Shown here piece after piece: positions 27,572 to 35,101 of a DNA stretch of 64,000 nucleotides. The position numbers were made by a program, and so were the translations under genes. Origin of the DNA: Myxococcota bacterium (GTDB taxonomy: Bacteria > Myxococcota_A > UBA796 > UBA2385). Every line of letters begins with the position of its first letter. Position 1 is the stretch's first letter. The notes below the pieces were generated by a model that was not told the origin of the DNA, searched no databases, and was given only the letters and a program-made list of their open reading frames with translations. The stretch is from NCBI GenBank assembly GCA_942491145.1, contig CALOBC010000015.1, positions 52,707 to 116,706 on the forward strand, written 5' to 3'.

Positions 27572-28734
27572 TCGGGAGACGGCAGAAGGCGCTGCCCAGC
27601 GGCCCGCAGTGCGAGGGCGGCGGGGCTCAGCCGCTCCAAGTCCACTTCGACGACCCCCGGCAAGCCATGGGCGAGCGGAATCTGGGAGGGCGCTGCGGTC
27701 GGATCCAGCTCGAGCTCTATTCGAAGGCCACTGGCATCGGGCTCGCTGGCGACGGCGGTGACACGGACGGGGACCATCCCGAACTGGCTCCACGGAAAGC
27801 CATCCAGCCGCATTCGGCCCTCGGCACCCGGGGTGATGCGGCCTGCCACAACGAGGGGAAAGGTTGCGACGGCATGCAGCGTGTCGACGGGCACCACTGA
27901 GGCAACCGGTGCTCCTTTCGACACTCGCATGCCTTGTGCCAGCATTGCGAGAGCGCCCACAATGCCGTCGCTGGGGGCCAGAATGCGGTGTCGCCCGACG
28001 GCACCATCGAGGGTGTCCCGTCGGGCCTCGCAGGCGCGGAGGTCGGCAGCCTGGGCCGCCGCGTGGCCTTGGCTCACCACCACATCGACCTGGCGGTCCA
28101 GGCTTGTGGCGCTGGCGGACCCGCGCTGGTGTTCGACAATCCAGGCCCGGGCTTGGGCTTCAGCCTGACGCTGCCTTGCCTCCCCGACCCGTGCCGCCAC
28201 CTCCGCCTCGGGGGCGGTCCCTTCGATGCCCAGGCGGGCCGCACGGTCGGCATCTTGGGTGGCCAGCTTCGCCACCTCGTCCGCCGCGCTGGCGCTGCGA
28301 AGAGCTCCTTGGACGGCGGCATCGCCGGAAGAGGCCGCCGCAGCCCGGGCTGCTTCTTGCACCGAGACCGCAGCGTTGGCGGCCCGGGCTTGCTCCCGGA
28401 TGCTCTCGCAGCGGCTGGTCTCGGCCGCGAGGGCGAGCACGGCGTCGGTGTCATCGAGCTGGATGAGCAGATCGCCAGCCTGCACCGCCTGTCCCAGTCC
28501 CACCGCGACGCGCACCACCACGCCGTCGAATGGCGCGCTGAGCTGGCGGGGATGGCCAGTGGACTCCAGGCGAGCTTGCGTGGAGGCCGCCTGGATGGGC
28601 ACTTCCGCGAAGAAGAACCACGCCGACCAGCCGGCCAGAAGGCCCATTCCCAGGACGGCGAAGCCGGCCGTGGCCAAGCGGTGCAGGCGGTCGCGGTGGA
28701 GCGCTCGGAGGGTCTGGGAGAAGGCAGACGGCAT
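27568..28734 (-). CDS. HlyD-family membrane-fusion / secretion adaptor protein
   Basis: Probable ATG at 28734 (MPSAFSQTL...). It has an N-terminal TM segment (FAVLGMGLLAGWSAWFFFA), a long Ala-rich coiled-coil, and a C-terminal beta-barrel motif (ILAPSDGIVGAL...GAPVASVVP). Confidence 0.8.
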   Translation of the reverse strand: MPSAFSQTLRALHRDRLHRLATAGFAVLGMGLLAGWSAWFFFAEVPIQAASTQARLESTGHPRQLSAPFDGVVVRVAVGLGQAVQAGDLLIQLDDTDAVLALAAETSRCESIREQARAANAAVSVQEAARAAAASSGDAAVQGALRSASAADEVAKLATQDADRAARLGIEGTAPEAEVAARVGEARQRQAEAQARAWIVEHQRGSASATSLDRQVDVVVSQGHAAAQAADLRACEARRDTLDGAVGRHRILAPSDGIVGALAMLAQGMRVSKGAPVASVVPVDTLHAVATFPLVVAGRITPGAEGRMRLDGFPWSQFGMVPVRVTAVASEPDASGLRIELELDPTAAPSQIPLAHGLPGVVEVDLERLSPAALALRAAGQRLLPSPE

Positions 28735-28792
28735 GGCCGAACTGTACCGGATGGCGGCCGCGGGATGACAGCTTGAACCGGTAGTACGTTGT

Positions 28793-28808
28793 AGCACCTG
28801 TACTGCCG
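28793..28808 (-). promoter_or_regulatory. Sigma-54-like -24/-12 element upstream of the HlyD gene (weak candidate)
   Basis: The minus strand reads CGGCAGTACAGGTGCT against consensus TGGCACG-N4-TTGCW. GG and GC have the correct 12-nt register, and the element lies about 60 nt upstream of ATG 28734. There are three mismatches, and no enhancer-binding protein is in the window. Confidence 0.2.
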
Positions 28809-28836
28809 CAGCGCGTGCCTGGGCGTTGACGGCGTG

Positions 28837-31203
28837 TCAGCCGCCGCCTTGTCCACCGCCGCCTTGACCGCCGCCGCCTTGACCGCCGCCGCCTTGACCG
28901 CCGCCGCCTTGACCGCCGCCGCCTTGACCGCCGCCGCCTTGACCGCCGCCGCCTTGACCACCGCCGCCTTGTCCACCGCCGCCTTGAGGTCCACCACCCC
29001 CGCCGCCTTGTCCGCCGCCGCCTTGTCCGCCGCCGCCTTGACCACCGCCGCCTTGACCGCCGCCGCCTTGACCGCCGCCGCCTAGACCGCCGCCGCCGTG
29101 TCCACCGCCGCCTTGACCGCCGCCGCCTTGACCGCCGCCGCCCTGAGGTCCACCACCCCCGCCGCCTTGTCCACCGCCGCCTTGAGGTCCACCACCGCCG
29201 CCGCCTTGTCCACCGCCGCCTTGAGGTCCACCACCGCCGCCGCCTTGTCCGCCGCCCTGGGGTCCTCCCCCACCTTGGCCACCACCGCCCCGGTTGCCAC
29301 CACCTTGCGGCCGGTCCTGGCCCGAGCCTCCCTCCGGCTCCTCTTCAGCTTCCGGACTGGGCTCCGGCTCCAAGCGCCGCAGCGGAGCCCGATAGCCAGC
29401 CGCGCCCCACGGCAAGCTGGCCACGATCAGCTCGTCCACCACCGCGACGTCCACCGCATCGGGCACCCGCCACGCCGGCTCACCGTCGGCCCACAGACCC
29501 ACCGCGCCCCGGTCGGTCTGCACCACCGCGCCCCCGGTCCACGTCACAATGCTCCGCACCTGGGCCCCCACATCCACCGGGCCGATGCCCCCTGGCGGCT
29601 GGACAAAGCGGCCCGAGATCATCCATCCCACCAGCGGTGCGCCCGGCGGCGGGGGACTGCCCACCGAGTCCAGCGGGCCTTCGGTCTGCCAAGTCACCAG
29701 CCCCTTGCCGGCGCCCAGGTGGCCCCCTTCGAACACTGCCTCGGCGCGTTGGCCGGCCACCACGATCTCGTACGAGCTGCGCTCCGTCAGCCGAATCGAC
29801 TGGACCGGCCCCGGCAAGGCGATCTCTTCGGGACGGTGGCCCTTCGAGCTGTTGCGCAGCAAGCGATGGCCGAGACCGAGCACAATGCTGCCGTCGACGT
29901 CGATCAGCATGTCTGAGCCGGGCCCCGGTGTGCGCTTCCAACCTGGGGTCAGCTCCGGTGCGCTCGCCACGGCGTGCAGGGGGTCCGCGGCGCCCGCCAG
30001 CTTCACCAGATCATCGCGGATCAGCACGGTGCTCGGTCGGCCGCTGCGCTCCCCCACCAGCATCCCATCCGCGTCGGTGTAGACCACCGTGGCTCCCGCT
30101 GTGGGGGCCACTTGGAGGGAGGGCTGGCTCACCAGACGCAGCCCCTCCACGCACGGAGTCCGGCTGCGCTTGAGCTGACGCAGGCGCAGGTCCCACGCTG
30201 CGAGCTGGGCCGCGTCTGAGGCGACCAGGATCACCCCCCCGTGGCACGCCGGAGCGCCGGGATCTCCCATCCACGCCTCGGGCCCGTCCGCCGGGAGGGG
30301 CTGGAGCACGACGGCCAAGGGGGCGCCCACGTCGGCCACGATGGACCGATTCACCATCACAACCTTGGGCTTGTGGCCCTCCCACCGGCCGGGTGCTTCG
30401 GTGTCTTCGGGGTCGCTCTCGGGCATGCCGAGCGCCCAGGTGCGCAGAATGTCACCGGTGCGCCATGCGGCCAGGCGGGCCTGTTCCAGCTCCCAGCCGG
30501 CCGCCACCGCCAGGGTGGAGGGCAAGGGGGTGCCGGTGGTGCAGCGGGACGCGTCCATGCGCCCCAGCAGCAGGGCATCGCTGAAGGGCCAGCGGTCGAC
30601 CGGGGGCAACAGCGGGCAGCCGGTGGTGGGGTCCAGCGCCAAGCGGGCACTGCCGAAGTTGATCGCCAGCGCGCCGTCTTCGGTCCATGTGGGCCGGTCC
30701 ACGGGCAAGGTGCGAGACGCGGCCCCTCGGGGGTCCACCCGCAGCACGCTGCCCGGCTGAAGCACCCACACCACGCCATCTTCGTCAATGCGCACATCGA
30801 GCGGTGGCGTGCCCAAGGACTGCACAACCGGGGGCTGATCGCCGTGGACCCGCATGATCTGGCCGAGCCACTGGGGGCCCTCCCGTCGACCGGACCACAC
30901 CACACCCACGCCGTCCCGCACGACGCCACCCAGGACGGTGCCACCGATCCGGGCCACCTCCTCCAGCCGTTTTGTGCCGAGCCAGACCGCGCCGCCGGCA
31001 TCCACAGCCAGCGTGGACTCGCCCCGCTGCTCCGTGAGGATCGCGGACTTGAGCACACGGGCGCGCGACGCCGCTTGGCTGGGCGCACCCCCAAACCCCC
31101 CGAGCCCCGCGAGGACCAACATCCGCAGCGTCCGAGCCGCCGTTCGTTGCGGTCTCTGGCGTCCCACCGAGGGCGCGGCGGGCTCCACCGAATGCACACC
31201 CAT
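28837..31203 (-). CDS. Secreted 788-aa protein: propeller-like N-terminal region plus a C-terminal (GGGGQ)n low-complexity tail of about 160 aa
   Basis: ATG at 31203 follows AGGAGA. The N-terminus is signal-like (RMLVLAGLGGFGGAPSQAAS). Repeated G.VW motifs occur (GAVWLGT, GVVWSG, GVVWVLQ). The frame runs continuously into the Gly/Gln repeat. Confidence 0.6.
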   Translation of the reverse strand: MGVHSVEPAAPSVGRQRPQRTAARTLRMLVLAGLGGFGGAPSQAASRARVLKSAILTEQRGESTLAVDAGGAVWLGTKRLEEVARIGGTVLGGVVRDGVGVVWSGRREGPQWLGQIMRVHGDQPPVVQSLGTPPLDVRIDEDGVVWVLQPGSVLRVDPRGAASRTLPVDRPTWTEDGALAINFGSARLALDPTTGCPLLPPVDRWPFSDALLLGRMDASRCTTGTPLPSTLAVAAGWELEQARLAAWRTGDILRTWALGMPESDPEDTEAPGRWEGHKPKVVMVNRSIVADVGAPLAVVLQPLPADGPEAWMGDPGAPACHGGVILVASDAAQLAAWDLRLRQLKRSRTPCVEGLRLVSQPSLQVAPTAGATVVYTDADGMLVGERSGRPSTVLIRDDLVKLAGAADPLHAVASAPELTPGWKRTPGPGSDMLIDVDGSIVLGLGHRLLRNSSKGHRPEEIALPGPVQSIRLTERSSYEIVVAGQRAEAVFEGGHLGAGKGLVTWQTEGPLDSVGSPPPPGAPLVGWMISGRFVQPPGGIGPVDVGAQVRSIVTWTGGAVVQTDRGAVGLWADGEPAWRVPDAVDVAVVDELIVASLPWGAAGYRAPLRRLEPEPSPEAEEEPEGGSGQDRPQGGGNRGGGGQGGGGPQGGGQGGGGGGPQGGGGQGGGGGGPQGGGGQGGGGGGPQGGGGQGGGGQGGGGHGGGGLGGGGQGGGGQGGGGQGGGGQGGGGQGGGGGGPQGGGGQGGGGQGGGGQGGGGQGGGGQGGGGQGGGGQGGGGQGGGGQGGG
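28840..29300 (-). repeat. 15-bp tandem repeat (plus-strand unit GCCGCCGCCTTGACC) encoding (GGGGQ)n
   Basis: About 30 units are present, including a run of about 7 perfect copies at roughly 28860-28960. Variants encode GGGGGGPQ, GGGGH and GGGGL. Confidence 0.9.
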
Positions 31204-31334
31204 GCGGGTCTCCTGAACCGATTGACGGCTCCACCCTACAACGCGCTCTGCCCGAGGCGCTTGCCCGTGAGCAGCGGCCGGTCTATCGTGCCGCCTCGAC
31301 TGCCCTGCTCATGCAGGGGGAGGACCGCTCCACA

Positions 31335-33542
31335 ATGTTTCCGACGCTGTCCCCGCTGCCTGGTGTGCTCGCGCCAGCCCGCCCCCGCCGCCGCGCTCTG
31401 TCTCTGGCGGTCTTGATCTCTTGTGTGCTGCCTGCTTGCTCCTCGAAGGGCGATGACACGGCCACCGAGTCCTCCAATGATGCCGATCAGGACGGTGTTC
31501 CCGCGGGTCAGGACTGCAACGACTCCGATGCCTCCGTGGCCCCCGGTGCGACCGAGATCTGGTACGACGGCGTCGACTCGGACTGTGGTGGCGACGACGA
31601 CTTTGATGCCGACGCCGACGGGTTCCGCAGCGACGCCTTCGGCGGCAACGACTGCAATGACAGCGACGCAGCTGTGAACCCTGCCTCCACCGAAGTCTGG
31701 TACGACGCCGCTGGGGTCGACAGCAACTGCGATGGCTGGAACGACGGTGACGCCGACTTTGACGGCCAGCCCGCTGTGGACGTGGGCGGCACGGACTGCG
31801 ACGACACGAACCCGGCCATCTACCGGGGCGCGCCCGAGACTTGGTACGACGGGGTCGACAGCAACTGTGATGGCGAAGACGACTACGATGCCGACCAAGA
31901 CGGTGTTGTGGCGGCGCTCTACGCCGAAGATGGCGAAGAGCAGGACTGCAACGACAACGATCCGGATGTGCGGCCGGGTGCGGTTGAGATCTGGTACGAC
32001 GGCATCGACAGCGACTGTGATGAAGCCGATGACTACGATGCGGACGGCGATGGTGAGGCCAGCTTGGACCACGCTCCTGCGGGTGCGGGCACGGACTGCG
32101 ACGACACCGATCCCACGATTCGCACCAGCACCGTGGAGGCCCTCGACGGCCGCGACACCGACTGTGATGGCGTGAAGGACACCTTCAGCGCCGATCAGGA
32201 CTTCGGCCAAGGCTGGATCCTCGGCGTCCAGTCGGGCCATGCCTTCGGCAGCGCGGTGGCAGCGGGCGACTTCGACGAGGATGGTCGGGCCGACATCGCA
32301 GCGATTCAGGCGACCGACGATGGCATCTCCGATCTGGGTGATGGCCTCGTCTATATCTTTGAGGGCGCTGATCTGGGCACCTCCGCCACTGACGCCAGCA
32401 TCGCGGTGTCGCGGATTCGATCCGACCCCTTCTCGGGCCAGCTGACCGATGTGGCCTTCCTGCTCGACGTCGACGGCCCCGACAACAAGCGTGAGCTTGC
32501 GATCTCTGGTCCGGATGCGATCAACGGCTCTGGCGACATGGTCGGCAGCGTCTGGATCTTCAAGCACAACCTGCTCAGCATCTCGGCCAGCTACAAGGTC
32601 AACACCAACGCGAGCTGGATCCTCACGGGCCGGACGCCGGCGCCTGACCCGACGGAGTTTGGCACCACCGTTCGCTCGGTGGATGTGGATGATGACGGGC
32701 TGGCGGATGTGCTCGTCGGCGCTCCCGGCGCGGATGGGGGCGAGGTCTTCCTGTTCACCGCCGACACCCTGGATGCGTCCGCGGTGCTGGTGGCGGGCGA
32801 TGCCGACGCCAGCTGGGTGGGCCCGAACGACGGCGACGAGCTGGGCAAGGGCATCGGCACCTTCGACGTCAATGGCGATGGCCACGGCGACATGGTCTTT
32901 GGTGCGCCCGGCTACAACAACGCCGCGGGACGCTCGTGGGTGGTGTTGGGCACCGCCACGCCCACCGGGGGCGCGGTAAGCTCGGCGGCGTTTGCGACCT
33001 TGGACCATCCGGCCACCAACAGCCGCTTCGGTCACTCGATCGCGGCGGGCGACTTCGATGGTGATGGTGACCCGGATCTGGCGGTGGGTGCTCCCCGCGC
33101 GGTCACCCGGGCCGGCAAGGTCTATGTGATCTTGAACAGCTCCCTGGTCGGAGGCGGCAGCCTGTCGGCGACTTCGGATGCCTACGTGACCCACACGGGC
33201 ACTGACATCGACGGTCTGGCGTCCAGCGTGGTGCACGCTGGCGATGTCAACGCCGATGGGTCCGACGATCTGTTCCTCGGTGGTCCAGGCAATGACGACG
33301 GGGGCGACAATTCAGGCGCCGCTTGGATGGTGGTCTCGGGCCTGCGGGGCGACCGGGCGCTGGCCAACGCCGACGCCACCCTCTACGGCGGTGCGCCGGA
33401 TGACGGGCTCGGGGGCGCGCTGGCGACCGGCGACGTGGACGGGGATGGCCGCAGTGACCTCGTCTTCGGCGTGCCGGGCGAAGACGTGTTCGGCAACGAG
33501 GGCTCGGTCTACATCGGCTTCTCCCAATACGCAGCGCCTTGA
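31335..33542 (+). CDS. Lipoprotein with MopE-like Cys/Asp metal-binding motifs and FG-GAP/VCBS repeats
   Basis: ATG at 31335 follows GGGGAGGA; an alternative ATG lies at 31311. Lipobox VLPAC is present. There are at least 6 copies of DCND.D..V.PGA.E.WYDGVDSDC. Later FG-GAP-like motifs include GDFDGDG, DVNGDGHGD and GDVDGDGRSD. Confidence 0.65.
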   Translation: MFPTLSPLPGVLAPARPRRRALSLAVLISCVLPACSSKGDDTATESSNDADQDGVPAGQDCNDSDASVAPGATEIWYDGVDSDCGGDDDFDADADGFRSDAFGGNDCNDSDAAVNPASTEVWYDAAGVDSNCDGWNDGDADFDGQPAVDVGGTDCDDTNPAIYRGAPETWYDGVDSNCDGEDDYDADQDGVVAALYAEDGEEQDCNDNDPDVRPGAVEIWYDGIDSDCDEADDYDADGDGEASLDHAPAGAGTDCDDTDPTIRTSTVEALDGRDTDCDGVKDTFSADQDFGQGWILGVQSGHAFGSAVAAGDFDEDGRADIAAIQATDDGISDLGDGLVYIFEGADLGTSATDASIAVSRIRSDPFSGQLTDVAFLLDVDGPDNKRELAISGPDAINGSGDMVGSVWIFKHNLLSISASYKVNTNASWILTGRTPAPDPTEFGTTVRSVDVDDDGLADVLVGAPGADGGEVFLFTADTLDASAVLVAGDADASWVGPNDGDELGKGIGTFDVNGDGHGDMVFGAPGYNNAAGRSWVVLGTATPTGGAVSSAAFATLDHPATNSRFGHSIAAGDFDGDGDPDLAVGAPRAVTRAGKVYVILNSSLVGGGSLSATSDAYVTHTGTDIDGLASSVVHAGDVNADGSDDLFLGGPGNDDGGDNSGAAWMVVSGLRGDRALANADATLYGGAPDDGLGGALATGDVDGDGRSDLVFGVPGEDVFGNEGSVYIGFSQYAAP

Positions 33543-34420
33543 TGCTGCGCCGGGCGCTTGTGGTGGTCCTTGGCGTGATCCTCGGTGCCTGTGGTGCCGA
33601 AGAGCCCAAGACGGGCTCTGCCGTGCAGTCAGGGGCGGTGGTCGGTGCAGGGGATGGTGGTGATGAGGATGTCCCGGCCAACTGCCCGGTCGGAATGGTC
33701 GAGATTGCCCCAGCAACGGTCATTCTGGGCGAGTGGTCGGAAGACCGCATCGAGCTCTATCTGGGCCAGGTCCTGGTGGAGCGGGAGTACGTGCTGGACG
33801 GCTACTGCATCGACCAGTTCCCGTTTCCGGGGCGCCGGGGTGATGCGTGGACCACCGATGAGCTGAGCTGGAGCGGGATCGAGACCTTCTCGGCGCTCGC
33901 AGAAGCCCACGGCCGCCGGCTGTGCACGGTGGCCGAGCTGGTCTACGCGGGTGCTGGGCCCGAGAACTGGCGCTACCCCTACGATGAGGTGGGCTTCCAG
34001 GACGGGCTGTGCGATCCCTCGGATGTCACGCCGGTGGATCCCATCGGCGCGCTGCCCACGTGCACCAGCCCCCACGGGGTGCAGGACTTCATGGTCCGCA
34101 GCACTTGGGGGGTTCTCGACGAGCAGTCGGGCGAAGATCTGCGGGCGTTCTACCGAACCGACACGGGCGGCACCCTGATCCCCGGCGACGGTGTCTACGC
34201 CGTGTGGGGCGGCTCTTCCAGCCAGGGCACCTTCTACGCCCCGGACAACTACGGCGTGCACTTCTATGGGCCGGAAGACCCGGGCTACATCAACGAGAGC
34301 GTGCGATCGTGTGCGCCGATCGGGGTGCCGGCGCCGGAAGTCGATGATGCTTGGGCGGCGGTGCAAGCGGCATTTGCGTCGGATCCACGGTGGGCAAGGC
34401 TCTCCGAGCTTGCACGCTGA
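33542..34420 (+). CDS. Lipoprotein, possible SUMF1/FGE-sulfatase-fold domain
   Basis: The ATG overlaps the upstream stop (TGATG). Lipobox ILGAC is present. MVEIAPATVILG, YCIDQFPFPG and RRLCTVAELVYAGAG loosely resemble FGE-family blocks. Confidence 0.4.
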   Translation: MLRRALVVVLGVILGACGAEEPKTGSAVQSGAVVGAGDGGDEDVPANCPVGMVEIAPATVILGEWSEDRIELYLGQVLVEREYVLDGYCIDQFPFPGRRGDAWTTDELSWSGIETFSALAEAHGRRLCTVAELVYAGAGPENWRYPYDEVGFQDGLCDPSDVTPVDPIGALPTCTSPHGVQDFMVRSTWGVLDEQSGEDLRAFYRTDTGGTLIPGDGVYAVWGGSSSQGTFYAPDNYGVHFYGPEDPGYINESVRSCAPIGVPAPEVDDAWAAVQAAFASDPRWARLSELAR

Positions 34421-34558
34421 ACGATTGGCCAGACTTCAGGTTTGTGTCAAGGACATTTTCTGTCCGCTGGCGAGCTTGCCGGCGTCGCGAAGACGGGGCA
34501 CTCCTACTGTGCAAGTTGGCGCAACCGCGCCCGATTTTCATCCATCCTGGAGAACGAC

Positions 34559-35056
34559 ATGACCGTGAACAAGGTCATTCTAGTGGGGCGACTGGGCCGC
34601 GATCCCGAAATGCGGACCACCAACTCGGGCCTGGCCATCGCCAACATTCGACTCGCCACCTCCGAGCGGAAGAAGGACCAAGACGGCAACTGGGGTGAGC
34701 ACACCGAGTGGCACACCGTGAGCGCCTTCGGCAAGACTGCCGAGAATGCCGGTCGCTTCTTGACCAAGGGTCGCCAGATCTACGTCGAAGGTCGCTTGCG
34801 CACCCGCAAGTACCAGGACCGCGACGGCAACGACAAGTGGAGCACCGAGGTGGTCGCCGATCGTGTCCAGTTCCTGGGCGGGAAGAACGATGGTGACGGC
34901 GGCGGTGGCAGCGGCGGTGGCTTCTCCGGTGGGGGCAGCGGCGGTGGCTATTCCGGCGGCGGTGGAGGCGGCGGTGGAAGCCGCAAGTCCCCGGCCCCTG
35001 CACCGGCTCCCGCTGGCGCCGAGATGCCCTACGTCGACGACGACATCCCGTTCTGA
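34559..35056 (+). CDS. ssb: Single-stranded DNA-binding protein
   Basis: [19 protein letters not shown]...[12 protein letters not shown]..., a Gly-rich linker, and the acidic C-terminal tip DDDIPF. GGAGAA lies upstream of the ATG. Confidence 0.9.
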   Translation: MTVNKVILVGRLGRDPEMRTTNSGLAIANIRLATSERKKDQDGNWGEHTEWHTVSAFGKTAENAGRFLTKGRQIYVEGRLRTRKYQDRDGNDKWSTEVVADRVQFLGGKNDGDGGGGSGGGFSGGGSGGGYSGGGGGGGGSRKSPAPAPAPAGAEMPYVDDDIPF

Positions 35057-35101
35057 TGTTCGCGTTGGGGGGCATAGGGTCCATCGGGCCCTGCCGCTCA
35101 C

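Noticed and set aside
28074-29085. Alternative-frame ORFs read through the 15-bp repeat: KAAAV/KAAAD on the minus strand (28074-29045) and AAALT on the plus strand (28834-29085, 29098-29916).
   Set aside because: They are open only because the repeat lacks stops in several frames. The minus-strand one runs across the well-supported HlyD start in the wrong frame. Only the GGGGQ frame is continuous with a long non-repetitive ORF that has a Shine-Dalgarno and a signal peptide.
28840-29300. The regular short repeat array could be mistaken for a CRISPR array.
   Set aside because: The period is 15 bp with no unique spacers. It lies inside a coding frame, and no cas genes are present.
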